Source: Takakia lepidozioides
Lineage: Eukaryota > Plantae > Bryophyta
Reading direction: 5' to 3'
DNA: 64,000 bases
NCBI GenBank assembly: GCA_030704615.1
Contig: CM060733.1
Location: 27,776,001-27,840,000, forward strand
Below, piece after piece: positions 35,298-49,600 of the stretch. The first letter of the stretch is position 1; each line of letters opens with the position of its first letter. The notes under the pieces were generated by a model that did no database searches, was not told the origin of the DNA, and saw only the letters and a program-made list of their open reading frames with translations. The position numbers were made by a program, and so were the translations under genes.

Positions 35298-37499
35298 ATG
35301 TTTGGCACTTCCAATCTTGGTTTCATTCGTGGAGGTTCTTTGGGACAGAGAGCAGCTGTCATGGAGCCACCAACTGACGGTTTGTCAAGCAGGGGAAAGA
35401 ATGTACAAGCGCAGCTAAGGGACCAAAAACCGTCACTCCACAACTTGGCATGCAGAAGAGAAAGGTACAACGCACAAGAAATAATTCCCTTCAGATATTC
35501 TTCTGCTGGCTACAGCTTTGAAAGATTCCCACTAGAAAAAAAGAAGCAGTGGGCTCACAACAAGGATGATGGAGGAGCGAGGAGATTGGGGACGGATTAT
35601 TCATACCTCCATTGGCAAGCAGAGGATTGCCAAAACGTAAATCCCCCTTCGATACACTTCGAAGTCTATGGTGAAAGAAATGGAGCTATAAGCAAGCCAC
35701 GCCCGACGGAGAGAGCATCCTCCCGCGGTACTCAAAGAGGCGGCAAGAGCAGAGTTTGGGCGGCATGGAAAGAGCTGCAATCCTGGGGCCATCTGAAGCT
35801 GGGGAGTACCGCAGCTGTTGGCACTCCAGTTCATGATGAGGAAGATAGAGACTTCGTAAAGGAAATTACACCGGTGTCTCTGACGATCCGATTTGACAAC
35901 ATCAGAAAGGTAGAACCACTAGCATGTGAGATTGTAACTGCCTCTATTTTTGCTGGACCTTCATGCCAAGTCATGCGTATGTTTGCCTTGTCGATTTTAT
36001 CTCTCTCTCTTTCTTTGTCTACGGGAAAAATTCCATTCGCGGTTATTTCCCTGCTGCCTACACAAAGTACACTTCGTCTCTGCGTTTGACCATCTGTCCT
36101 GTGTCATGGACGAAGTTAGGGGCTAAAAGGTCGACCTGGATACACTTCCCTCCCTGGAAGTCAATAAACTATATAATGTGTCATTGGTATGCAGGTGAAT
36201 GAGAACCAAGAGAGTCTGCGCAAAGGTTCAAGATCACAAGAAGAGCAGACCGTCAAGAAGTGGGACGCTGATGCTCTTCTAGCGTCTTCCAACAGAGGGT
36301 TTTCAGAAGTCAGTAATGATAAAAATATGTGTAAAAGGCAGACTGCAATATCTGCCATCGCACAGGCACTCACCCCCTCTCTTCATTCCAACAGAGAGGG
36401 CCAAGGAGAGCTTGCTCTCCGCATGGCAGAATTCCTTTCGGCATTGAAGTCATCTGTCAAGACGAATGAAGTTGATTGCTGTGAGCGAAAAGTTGCGGCA
36501 AGCCTGGCGTCAATGACCAGGGGTACTGAGCTGGCAGAGATCGATTCCAAGCTCATTAACATATGGCTGGATGCAGTGGAGGAACAGCTCCGTGCAGTGC
36601 CCACGGAAGCTGATGTGCGTCATTTAGAGGTACCCGTTCTCTTCATCTACCGGAGAACAAATTGGGTGTGCTACGTGATGAAGTTGTGGAGTTCTTTGTC
36701 TGCACTCGCGAAGTAGATTCGTCGTTCATGTAGAACTTTTTTCTTGCGTTGGTTCAATGTTGGCCCTTCGTGGTTCGAAGTTGATGCAGACTACTACTGA
36801 TCCGATGGGATAATATCTAGGTCCGTGGGATTTCTCAATGGAGATTAGTCGGTTGGAGAAGGTCAGAAAACAAGACAGATTCCTAGGCACAAAATGCCAA
36901 TTGTCATAAACGTTACAAAGCAGTAATGTGAAGGAAACTTGTACTGCTAATGAAGTGACTGTCGGTTTTGGTTTCCTGAGAGGATTCAAGGGCCTTAGAG
37001 AATTCAGGAGTTCGGTTGTGGCAATAACACAGGACGCCTTTGCGATTGTCCATCTTTGCAGGCTTTGCTCGATGACCTGGAGTGGAATCCTGGAAAGGGG
37101 AGAACCCCATGCACGTCCACCTCATGTCATCAAAAATCTCAACGCTGCTGTTGTCGAGGGCCTCAGGAAATTAACCTTCCCAGTTATACCATAGGTTCAA
37201 AGGAGAGTGAGCTTGATCAGATAGCTCATACCACTACTAATCTGGAAATCAATCTTGCTAACATGCCCACTGTGACAGACATTCAGAAGATGCGGTGTAG
37301 AGGTGATAAATCAGCACGGGAGATGACGTGCCATTGTAAGGATACCAGAGAAGCTGTCGACGAGCTTCACCTTGCAATTGGGAGCGGAGAAGTGGCTTGG
37401 TTCAAGAGTCTGGACATCAGCACCGCTCGCCTTGAGGCCATAGCCCATGTTGTACTCCCTTTGGAAGCCATATACATCAGTCCGCCTGCCACAACTTAA
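35298..37499 (+). CDS. Uncharacterised 494-aa protein, 3 exons
   Basis: Exons 35298-35909, 36195-36629 and 37062-37499 join in phase 0 at GT-AG sites with no stops; no recognisable domain. Confidence 0.7.
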
Positions 37500-37848
37500 C
37501 AGATGTCAACTCTCACGGACTCGAAGACTAAGAGCGAACACCAAGCCTTGTGATGACTGCTGGCTACCACAGAACTGGCTACTAGAATCTTGTGAGTAAT
37601 CCAGTCACAAGTGAAATGAATACGAGGTCCAGTGAAGAAAAGAGGCAAAGCTTGTATTATTAGTCTGGAGTCTGGACCTCCTTGACTCATTACCATGTGG
37701 GAATTACGATTGCAAGAGACATGGTAATCTTCTCAATATGAATGAAAACAGCCCAACTTGGCTTGCTTGCAAGAAGTATTTGTTCTCCCAGCTAGTCTGA
37801 CAAAATCTTCTCCTGGGCAATGGCATTATTTCTGGAAGGTCCAAATCA

Positions 37849-38312
37849 GGGGACATGTGAACTGGCCTCATTCCAAGATTTAGTTCCTAAACCTGGTGCT
37901 ATACCAAACACTCTATTACACACTTTGACGTTTGGATGATGAGAAGAAAACATGTGGAAGAGAAGAAACAAACACTGCGGGGACATGTGAACTGGCCTCA
38001 TTCCAAGATTTAGTTCCTAAACCTGGTGCTATATCAAACACTCTATTACACACTTTGACGTTTGGATGATGAGAAGAAAACATGTGGAAGAGAAGAAACA
38101 AACACTGCCATATGAGCAACTGCACAGTTGTGGAATGGAGAGGCACAAGTGACATGTGAACTGGCCTCATTCCAAGATTTAGTTCCTAAACCTGGTGCTA
38201 TATCAAACACTCTATTACACACTTTGACGTCTGGATGATGAGAAGAAAACATGTGGAAGAGAAGAAACAAACACTGCCATATGAGCAACTGCACAGTTGT
38301 GGAATAGAGAGG
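37849..38312 (+). repeat. 3-copy tandem repeat (130-172 bp units) between convergent genes
   Basis: gacatgtgaactggcctcattccaagatttagttcctaaacc at ~37852, ~37982 and ~38151. Confidence 0.9.
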
Positions 38313-38909
38313 CACGAGTCCAACATACCGCAAACTAAACTTGCACGAGGAATCGCATTATTCGAAAGACTGAACCTGATTACTAATCCATGTTACCTGT
38401 GTCCAGATGGATGCATGGACTGTTTGGGGGATACACGGCCAGCAGAGGTAATCCTTCAAGCACCCCCATGCAAACTAAGGTGCCTGGGTCACTTCAGCTG
38501 CAGTCGAAGACTAGTGGACAGGTTAGAAGAATATCCGTGGAGAGTGGCGGACAGCGAAATCTCTTCTCACTAACTCATCATCCTCAAATTTTAGTCGAAT
38601 TCACAAAATACCTACTTTTCACATTGTAATATTAACAAAACTGGTCTTCACTGTTGTACAAATGGTCTTATGCTTTCATGCCAACTGATGTGTGCGTGGA
38701 AGAGGGCCAACAAAAGCATGAGACAGTTCTAGGGGCCATCAATCTGGCTCCAAAACTAATGAGTGCTCCTTCAATCCCCTGTTGTGGACTACGCTTGCAT
38801 ATAGGACTATGATAGCACTCCTGCACATCTGTGAACATCACACAGCATTCTGCAAACCTAGTCAGTAACATCTATGATGCTCCACGTTGCCTCCTTGTTT
38901 TGAAGGAGG

Positions 38910-41900
38910 TCATGTAGAATGAGCGTTCACCATCTCCCGGTACACCATGTCTATGAAGTGGTCATTCTGCAGACACCATCCCCAAATCCCTGGTTACAGT
39001 CCAGTCTGAATGCTGCTGTGATCTGCTGTGATCTAGTCCTTTTCCCTCCTCTTCTGTCACAAGCTCTGATCTCTGTCTCGACTACTTGCTGCACCTCTCC
39101 CTCTTTCTCACTCTTTGCAGGGTGTAAAAAGTGCCCTCGTGTCTTCCTCTCTCATTTTCTTCCCAGCTCACCTTTTCAAAACAATGAAATCTTGTCCGAC
39201 AGTTACACTACAACTGATGGACTCCTCAAAGCAGCCACAGCCCAGGATCTCACTACAACTCTACCCACGAAGGCATCAATCTGTAACTGAAAAAAACAGG
39301 GCAACAGCAATGTCCTGTGGGCATCAGGGCCTTACTCCAATGTTAACGGTGATTACAACAAGGAAGCGTAACCTGGAACAGATAGAAGCAGCAGAAAGGA
39401 AGAGTAACCTGGAACAGCCGGAAGAGTGCATCACGGACACCGTCCCTTGTGATGGGCCCAGTATGTGACGAGGATGACGAGGGTGCAAGCGAAGGAGGGG
39501 GAGCTGGAGGAGGAAACGGTTGAAGCAAAGGAGCACCATGAGAGGGTTGCAACGTCGGCGTTGAAGGGGTCAATGAGGTAGCGGTGGAGGCTGAAGAAAG
39601 AGGAGGGGGAACAAAAAAGGAGTGCTTTACATGAGTTGTGCGAATTGTGGTGCCAATATCAGGAGGGTCGAGCGAGAGAGGTGCCAAGGAAGTGAGTGGA
39701 AGGGGTATAGACGTGGGAGAGATGATAGAGGGGAGTGGGAGAGGGGTAAGAGTTGGAGAGGATGCAGGACGAGAGGACAATGAGTGCGTGACACCTAATG
39801 GCCGTGAGGCTGTTGATGGTGGTAATTCGATGGTGTTCACATGAACTGCATTCTGCTTCCACACAAAAACAGTATACAAATCATTTCTTAACTGTAGCAA
39901 CCATCATCAAACTAACTTGTGCTTGTAGAGAAAATCTCCAGAGAGACGAGAAGGGGGAAGGGGGGACTGTACCTCCAAGACTCTGCTTAACCTCACCTTG
40001 AAGCCATCACCCAGAACTCCAGTTTGTAACACTCATCACTGCAGGAAGATAAAAGCAAAAGCAGAGATGGAGACTTCGTCAAAAAGTGACCTACAGTGAA
40101 AAAGCGTTCGAGGGGCTCATCAGAGACCTCCGGCAAAGGCGAGGAAACTGCTACAGCTGGCTCCAGTGGACCCTCCACAATAGCTGCAGTTGGTACTGCC
40201 TCCAGCTCCTGGAACTCCGAGCTGCATCCATGAATGCACGACTCATCATGTGAGACTCCATTCTCGCATCTGAAGAAGAAACACGGTTATGTCTTAGATG
40301 CCCTTGTACAGAATATGTGCAGAGAAAGGGTCCCTCGATGGTCATAACCATATGGGAATTAGTCTCAAGACAATAGTTAAAATTTAATATTTGAAAATGT
40401 TGCCAAAGCTTGTAGTGAAGGCTTTTCTTGTTCAATTTCAATCCTATCCTACCAACTAAGAGAGGGTTACACACTGATCCATTGTTTTCAGATACAGAAC
40501 TAGAATGAGTGTCAAAGGGATTTCTTGTGGCTGTCAGTACCTCTCCAACAATGATGGTCATCTACCTTAGTCTTTTCTCACTTGTTCTCGCTTCGCGCAA
40601 ATTGTCAGGCGACACATACAGACCCTTTCAATCACACAAGCGGGAGCCAGCCTTACATCTGCCTCCTCTGCTCTCCCTCCAAATAGGGATCTATGACTGA
40701 TAAGAGACTATGAAGCTTTTTGAACAGAGATGGATCTAGGGCATTCCTGTAGCCTGCATTCCTGTAAGCAAGTCTAGGGCCCACCCCCGAAAGGGGGAAG
40801 TAGCCGTGACGCGAAGTGGCTCTTAGTTACGCCGGCTCCGGCCGGAGTCTTCTATCTTCTCTCTCTCTTTAAGCAAGTCACCCAACTATTAAAACTGATG
40901 GCAAGCTAGATATACAGGAGCAATGTATCTGAGAGAGGTCAACCAGAACCAGGGAACAATGTCTACTCTTGTGAATTCTGGTCACAAAAGAAATAAAGCG
41001 GGACACAAACCTTAGACAGCACTTGCTAATGCATTGGTTTCATGAACAAACCCACAATGACCATTGGTCCTACTGATATGCATGGTTTCTGAGGATTCAA
41101 AATCCATGTACACACAGCTGTTCTTTTTAGCAGGAATAAAATCAGGAGAACAGGACAAAGATGCACAAGGGGAGAGACAGGAAGGTGGTTGACGTCCCAA
41201 ACCTTGGGGAGAACAACTTAGGCTTTGGAAGAATCTTGCAAAAGGCAGTCAATATCCTGCAACACAGCAAAGTGAGCAGGTGTTAATCAGTATTCCACAA
41301 CCTGTCCTTACAAGTATCGTAGAAACCTTGATCTCAATTGTCTGGGTCAATCTATGTAGGCCAGTTTCATGGTATAGGATTATGCCACACCCCGGGAAGA
41401 AATTGTAGAACTGCACCCAAAAAGCACCTTGCTTATTCTTACTGGAAAATAACCTGCCGGACAGACGTACAGGTCACAAGACTAGCACATTCTCCAGCTT
41501 CCATAGAGCATCGTCATAAACTTGAAAATCTTCATGATCAATGAGACCTCCTTGTCTAGCCCAGTCAGGTCATCAAACCAAGAGAGAATGTACTCATGAG
41601 ACGTTGTTTGCCGTAGCCTTGTGGCCATAGACCCTGCCCCCAGTTTGGGTGGAACAAGGGGGAACAGACACTACCTTTGTAAGGGGCTCACTCCAGAAGT
41701 GGGATTTACCTTGATATGAACTGGCTTTCTAGATTTTCTCTAGAAGGCCCTTCACACAAGCATCAGTCTGCTGTGTGTGAGCTGCCCAGCAATTAGACCC
41801 CAACAGGGCCTTTCGAGATTTTGAAAGTTGATGAACAGAGGTGCAGGGACTAAGTTCTTGATGGTCCTGACAAGGGTCACTCTCTGATGAGAATACCGCA

Positions 41901-44227
41901 GACATTGTATCAGAAAATGGATCTTGCCTTTGGTAGCCCGCACATTGGGAATCGACAATCACCCTTTCCTCTCTGCATCTGTTTATTGTTCAAAGGTTCC
42001 CACCCTGAGTTTGAAATTCAGTCTAGTGCTGAAGGTAGATTGGCCTGTCAGACCATCCTTAAGAGCCTGACCCATGTCAAACTAGAAACGAGAGAGAGAG
42101 AGAGAATACACCTGGAGAAGAGTTTTGCCACATCTTCACATTCACGGGGGTTGTAGAACCAGATGCCATTCACTTCCTGTGCCGCATTGCGATAGAGCAA
42201 ATAGGGCACCTGCACCTCATACTCAAAATCGTCTAGCAGATCCTCCACCAGGTTGTCTGCTCCCAGACCAACCATAAAACCCCTCTTAACAGCTGAATTC
42301 CTTCGAACCTCATTCATTATGGAGTCAGAATTAATTATATAGTCCTGTTCACATAGGAACCAATATGCCTTCAAGTGCCCTGTCTTCTTGCTGGCACTGT
42401 CCCCTTGTTTTACCTACATTTACCAATGAATACTTCCAGCAGATAGCCACATGGTCAGGGCACTGTGGCACCACTTAGGTGGCCTCTGGGTTAAGGTCAA
42501 TGTTGGAGGTCACTCACTGGAGCCAGTTTTTTGCTACAAAAAGGGAGTGTCACCTACTAGCTACGTAGGTGGATGTTTGAGGAGGCCTGTAAAAAGACTC
42601 TGCCTAACAATAGAACGATCTGTGAGAATCTAATCACTTGAGGGTGTTTCAGGCACATGTCCAAGCCCTGTGTGCATAAGGGATTCCATACTCCCAGAAG
42701 GGTGGTCTAACTAACTTGACTCTCTTCTATGATTGGCAATTTACAGTAGTAAACTGACTTGATGGCTCTGAAACATAGAGCAAATCTACTCCTAATCAAC
42801 ACATTTTCCATTTCCTTCTGAGGCCACAAAAGTTTGTTTTCCAGACCAAGGAAAACAACACTTCTCACATTTCCAAACACACCTGTGCTCCGTCGATTCA
42901 TCACAACAAACTGGAAGCGAGGCTGTGTCCGCCTGCAAAGAAGTAGTCCATGGATTCAAACAACAACTACAGGAGATCTATGACTGTCCTACAGAAGGAA
43001 GAAGCCAATCATGAAAGTTATTGCCATGAAGTCAAGAAAGTTTGTAGAAATGGATCTCTCACCGTTTAACAACAAAAAGTGAGCCCTCCACATCCTTGCG
43101 ACTCTGCAATCACACTTTCAGTTTGATTCTGAAATTACAAAATCGCAAACATTATCTCCCTTTCAACTTTTGCAAAACCCCATAAAGCAACCCCTTCATT
43201 TTCTCTTTTTAAGTACTAACAAAGATCGAATGGAGGCAGACAAGCGTTCAGTTCACTCTGGTTGCTCTCATGTTCGTCAAGACACAAGCATGCATAGAAA
43301 AAATAAGCATGCAGTTGACATACTGCTTTCTCCATCAGACGAATGGCAGATGTGTGCCAATGTAGACATGTGTCCAAACTAGATAAGAGTTTTTCAGAGA
43401 TCATATCAGTGAACCAGGGGGGGTACAATAAAACATTGTGCAAAGTGTGAAGAGAGAATATGCAAAATGTTGTCACCAAGCCAACCTACACCAATACCTA
43501 TCTCTGTGGCCCACAATTGACCCGAATTACTAAAAGGATAGCCTCTCAACCCCTATCCTGATACAATGAATTACCTCCAATCTCTGCATTTCCTGCTTGC
43601 CTTTCAATTCTGTGAACATGCAAAGGCCAAGCCCTTATTTTTCGCTCATTAGTAAGTTCCCAGCTAAAACAACCATGAAAATCCAGCATCCCTCCAAAAC
43701 CCTATCAAAGGGTTCCCAAAAATAGTCCAAGTTGTCATCCGTGACAGCATGTTGCAGCACTCTTACAGCTAGGATGTAGCATTCAAACCTAGCCCTCCAG
43801 TTCAATCGATATGTTACTCCCTCGTTCCTCCTACCACCCTCCTTTTCCTCCCTGGTTTATATCAAACCCAACCGCAATTGGCAGCCTTTTAACCCATATT
43901 TCAAGACGGAAGCTAGCAAACATGTTGAAGACAGTGGTAGCAGTCGAACACGGAGGAATTACAAAACACCAAATGCACTTGAAAGGCTCATGTTGAAGGG
44001 CCCTTCAACCCACATGGAACCGTGCTAACCTAACCCTGAAAGACCTCACAAAGCTACGGCAAACCTACCCACTGGCTGGCATCGACATTGAACTGATAGA
44101 ATGTGACATGCGCAGCTGTAGTGAGAATGTCCTCCACATGCCGGTCCATCCTCTGCAGCACAGTCAAGTTGAGCTCCTTGGTACTACTCTGATCAAGCTG
44201 CGGCATGGGCTTCCCATTCTGCGCCAT
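38910..44227 (-). CDS. DCP1: mRNA decapping activator DCP1 (EVH1-like domain, Pro-rich linker, trimerisation helix)
   Basis: Exons 44227-44069, 43103-43063, 42932-42883, 42256-42112, 41256-41203, 40269(or 40221)-40095, 39852-39409, 38966-38910. They give MAQNGK..LNLTVLQRMD..AAHVTFYQF..WSRKDVEGSLFVVKR..PRFQFVVMNRRSTDNLVE..VNGIWFYN..ELEAVPT..ITRDGVRDALFRLFQNDHFID. Confidence 0.95.
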
Positions 44228-44911
44228 CGTCTCTCCCTCACTCCCTCCACATGCACTCCCAACAAGATGCTACCTGTCTTCACTTCCTGCTTCTATACCC
44301 AACCCACCAGGGCGAATCACCAAATGTCTCCCTCGCAGCCAAGGGCCCGCCACCAGACTCCTTCTCACACTTCCACCTGTGGGCCCCGCTGTGAAGAGGT
44401 CAACACAGCGGCCTGGCACGGCTGCTGTCAGAAGGTCTTGGCCTCGCCTGCTCTGCTCTGCTGGAAGTTTTTCTTAATTCAGAAGGGGAAGTAGCTCTTA
44501 CTTCAATTGGAATCTTATGGCTCTCTACATCTTTTGTGCCCTTTTCTTTCTTTTTTCATTTTTCGAATAGCGGTGAGGCAACCTCGCCCTAGAGTAGTTG
44601 GGTTGAAACCAAAACTACATGAAAACAAAGAACATGTAAGTAGTCGAAGTTCCAATGGTGCAGCTTTGTGCATATAGAACCCAACCCCCGGAATGTTTGT
44701 TCGAAATAACTGTTAGTTATTTGGCTCAACTAGTCTTTAATCAATATAGCAAACAATAAGTTGCGTGCTAGGTTGCTATAAGTTGCGTCCTAACAATTCT
44801 AATGTAGCCCCAAGTGTACAATTTGCCACACACCAACAAACAAGATGAAGAAAAATATAGAGAATGACACAAGAGAGTGTGGCAAGGAGAGTACGGTAAA
44901 ATCCAACCATC

Positions 44912-45637
44912 ACTCTTTAAAAATATTTAAGTACACCGACGCACCATACAAAGCGACTCATCATGTATCATCAACATTTTCCCTATTGATGTTCACAATT
45001 TTTATGTACCTAACATCTTGTTTGGAAGGAAATATGGGATAAGGCAAAATCAGCCAAGATATCGGTCTTTCTTTGGAAAGTGTCTATTTGGCCTAGTATG
45101 ATGGTGCATTTGCTCAACTTGGGTGCATGGGCCGGATGGAACAGAACAACAACAACGGCTAATATATCCCTAACGTCGTGGCATCTCTGGAAAATCAAAC
45201 GCGCCCAAGTGTTTGATAAAATACTCCCTTCAATCAATCCTAGAATGACGGCCCAGCACCCTACATAGGCACTACAATTATTTCCTTAAACATGACAAAT
45301 TTCTTCCACTATAATTAACAACAGTACCTCCCTAGGTGACCAAGAAAAAGGATGTCAATTGGTGCCATAAGAAAGATCATAATCAAAAAATCATGCGCAT
45401 TTAAATTTAAAGGAAAATCCCTCCATTTTAGTAAAATGAAATGGGAGACAAATTGAAACCTTCATAGCCATAAGAATTGTCAACAACCAAAAAGGCAAAG
45501 CCATCTCAAGAAACCCACCATATATATAACATCCGGACACTAACAAAACCTGAGTATGAAAGACCCAAAACTAACAAACAAATGAAAGTCGACCCAAAAC
45601 AAAAAAAAAACCATGGAGGGAAAGGACTCGGAAGGAT
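44912..45637 (+). repeat. Direct repeat, copy 1 (~730 bp)
   Basis: Near-identical to 52702-53444. Confidence 0.95.
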
Positions 45638-46122
45638 GGAAGCAATGGAAATCAAACTGTCATGATAAAGGAGAGCTTCCTAAACCCAAGTTGCCACTCG
45701 CAGGGAGGAGGCTACATGCAGTTAATGTTTCAAGTTGGTACGATGCTCAAATATCGAGAGATTCATTGGTGGCGAATCAAACATATGTGTTTAATGCATA
45801 TTTGGAGATGTTTGAGCTAGAGCCATTCGAATGAGTTGATTACAGCCACATGTATTTGCAAATTTCATGAAAACAAATCTCATGAATAATCAAGCTTTTG
45901 CTTTTGGATTTATGGCACGTGCTACAAACATAAAAAACTCACTCATTTTTAGCTGCAACAATGAGATCAAAGAACATGAGGGTGAAAAAGAATGGAGATA
46001 GATAGGGTTTGTTGAATAAAGACCAAGTTGCATCTCATATGTCATACATATCGCAAAAGCACTAAAGCCTTGATGACATTGAAATTCGAGCACGGGGAAA
46101 CTGAATTTTTAGTTTCCTGATA

Positions 46123-46670
46123 CCATAGTGGGATGGTCGGCTAGGCCTACCTACTAATTATTTTTGGGGCCATCTGGCAATTAGGCACTTTTGAGAAAAA
46201 AAAAAAAAAAAAATTAGGCATCTTGGATGTGTAATCTTTTCAAATTAGGCAACTAAAAATAATGATCACTAAATGAAAACACAAAAATATAAAAATACAG
46301 CCACTGCCATAGATGAAAATTGAAAATTGAGTCTATGGATGACGTTTTAAATGAAAACTCAGCCCCTGGAAATCGAAAATTGAGTCCATGGATTACGTTT
46401 TAAATGAAAGCTCAGCCGCTGCCATGGATGCAAATTGGAAACTGAGTCCATGGATGACATTTAAAATACATCTCATTTTAAATGGATGTCATTTTTAGAT
46501 TTTTTTTCTAATTTACATTAAAGTTAAATTTATACCACATGCATTTCTAGAAATTAGTCACTCTTTTAAGATAATTTTTTAAATTAGGCAATCTTTTCAA
46601 AAATAATTTATTTTGATTAAACGTTTTTTTTTCGAATTAATTTTCTGCCTAACCGGCTATCCCAATACGG
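46123..46670. mobile_element. Tc1/mariner-type MITE with internal ~60-bp repeats
   Basis: Imperfect 24-bp TIRs ccatagtgggatggtcggctaggc / gcctaaccggctatcccaatacgg, TA on both sides, and ttaggca motifs shared with the 33255 MITE. Confidence 0.75.
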
Positions 46671-49600
46671 TAGTAGTTTAGTAGGAGGCAATGGAGTGAA
46701 TATCACTTTAGTCTAGCTTCCTCTATTTTTTAATTTTTTCAACAAACCAAACTATAAACGCAGATCCAACTGCCAACAAAAAAAATTTAAATCACGCCAA
46801 CAATTAATTTCACCCTAATAGCCAAAAGACTTCGCCATGATTAGTTAAATGTGTCAAATATTCCAGCAAATTGAAGAGCATGGCCAATATAACAATCACT
46901 TTACCTAATCAACATATAATTTGTCGAAGATACGTTATTTCGTTCTCCTCTAAATTTGACGGTTGCGTGTAAACAGGTTTTGAGATATTCTTTGCCTGCA
47001 ACAGATGTAAGCAAATTTGATAAGAATAGGTCATGGAATCTCATCCTTGCAAATGGTGAGGAATACAACTATTATTTGGAACTTGAATGAGTAACCATCA
47101 TCCCAAGAAACATGGTGGACCCAAATCTTACATTTGTTCTAATCTCTATCAAAATACCAATGTTTTTTGGTTAGGTTCAACCATTTTACAATACATGATG
47201 TTGAAATCGTTATTAGGTTATTTTTTTCATTATTAATTTAATTAAATTTAGAAGGATGTAATAATATTTTTATTTTAAAAAACTATTTTAAAAAACTATA
47301 AAAAATGATTTGGAATTTTTCATCCTTCCTTTATCATATTTTTTAGTACTTATACACGTACATCATAATTAACTCTTTCTATCATTGTTGAAATAACGTA
47401 CCGGGTTTGTAGCAAGACTACCTCGCAAAAATAACACACAATTGATACCCTATCAAAAGAATGCACATTGATCTTTGATCTTAATTTTATGTAAACCTAA
47501 AGCCCTGAGAGTTATGTACACGTCTCCAATGTTGCACGAGTCATTTTGCTATCTCGCTAATATAGAAGAAATTCTTATTGTTATGATCTTTGTACAATGT
47601 ACTAATCTCTAACGTAGGTAAAGATATAAGACTTACAGAACTCCCATTAAGTCTAATACGGTTTACAATAACAACCAAGAGGTAAAGTGAGACTCTCGTC
47701 CTATGTCCCAAAGTTTGGATTTATAGAGTTGTTTCAAAAACTATAAAGAGGATGTTATGGGAAGTGAAAGTTCCGCAATCTCTTAAGCAATTTTCAAAAA
47801 AGAAATGATTGAATACCTTCCAAATCTCATTAAAATGAGAACAAGAATCAGCACTTAGTTTTGCACTAGCAAGCGTATGATTAAAGAACATCAAGAACTT
47901 CTTCTACGTCAAGAGTCGCTCGAACCCCTACCTTGTTTTGGTAAGTAGAAGCTTCACCTTTAAATCCAAATCCACAACCCGCTTCATCTCAGATCTCATG
48001 TCTTCGACTTCTTGGCGAGTGCGTCTCTTTTGCTTCAGTTCGTAGGTAGTGTGCCGATGATCAATAAGATCCAACAGTACAACCATAATAAACCTATTGC
48101 AGCCAGATTACTTGGGTAGATTAATATGGTATGATGTTGTTATTTTTATTACCAATCATAAGTACATCTATGCTCACGCATTGAAATATAAAGATGTTAG
48201 TTTGAATTTTGCATGTGTTAATTCAAGCAATGCACAATGGAAAGTACAATTGAATATTACAATATGCACTTGTGAGAATCATGTTATTTATATTATCAGA
48301 AGATTCAAGTTTTCTATAATCATGATTGGAACTCGTTGTTTCAATCCTAAAACCATAAGATAAAATTTGTTTGACTAGAAGTGGTCAAGGTTGCAAAAAC
48401 AAACTAGTCATTTTACTTAAGAGGATCCGAGCAGTCACTAGCCTACCTCTTCGCAGCGCCTCAAAAAAACACATCACACAAATCTTTGGAAGAGGTTGTG
48501 AATAACGAAAATTTGTCGCCTTATCTTGCTAGAGGTGTGGGCAACCAGGTGAACGGGTCTCGCCGTTGCATTATCTCTTTTTGCAATTTGTTTATCTCCA
48601 ACCCTTGACGTCTCACCTCATCGGTAAGACTCGTCCCATTCATCCCCTCCGTCCCCTTCATGTCGTAAGACACAAAAGCACTCTGCTTGGTTTGCTATCA
48701 TCAAGCATATCAATCTCGTTTTTGTACCACACGACACCATCACGATTTATGCTCCACGAGCGAGGGATCAAGTAGCTTGGTTTGGAGCTTTCTTAGCTGT
48801 TCTGGTTTTCTTAACTTTTGTTACATTGGTTTGCAAAAAGCTAGCATGGTGAAGGAAGGCTCGAAACAACGGTTTGTTTGCGACAAAAGATGGAGTCTAC
48901 TTCCTGGCTTGGCGATTAAAGAACGGTGGACCCAGCCAAGGCGATGCTCATTCCTTCCTGAATGTGCACATAGGTGGTAGGCATACAAGTTTGGAGAAAC
49001 AAAAATGCATGGATCAGTGACACGCTTCAATACTTTTTAGCTGAATCTTAGTGAATTTGAAGAAAATCATATGTATATGCAATATATTTAATCTCATTTA
49101 ATAATATTGTAGTACTATTACATTAGATTGATAATTTGACAACTATTATTGCATCTCTTATACAACAATTTTGCATGGATAGTTGATGAATGAATTTGAG
49201 GATAGGGATGTAATAGGGTTACATATGTTCTTCGCGCTCTTCATGTTCTTCACTCCGTTCATGTTCTTCGTGCTCTTTTAATCTTCGCGCTCCGCTTGCT
49301 TGCTCGCTCCAGTGACGACAAAGTCGGAACTGGTTTTAGCAGAGGCGGGAATAAGCTATATTTTTTTTGTCGTTCATTTCCTTTCGTTACGGCGCCAAAT
49401 TTCCGAGCTATGTATGTCAAATTCGCGCTCTTGCATAAACCTCATAATTCCAAACCTCTCTCACCACTTATGAATCACATAGAGGCAAGTCCATAAATAA
49501 ATAAATATCCTGAATTGATACCGGAGAGAAGATTTTTTAAAGAACAATTCAATGCCCACCAAATGCTGCCCAAAATCAGCAAGTGGATACACCTTATATC

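Noticed and set aside
41300-41960. LINE ORF1 relic in a DCP1 intron (AFWVQFYN)
   Set aside because: A single short motif with no sustained frame.
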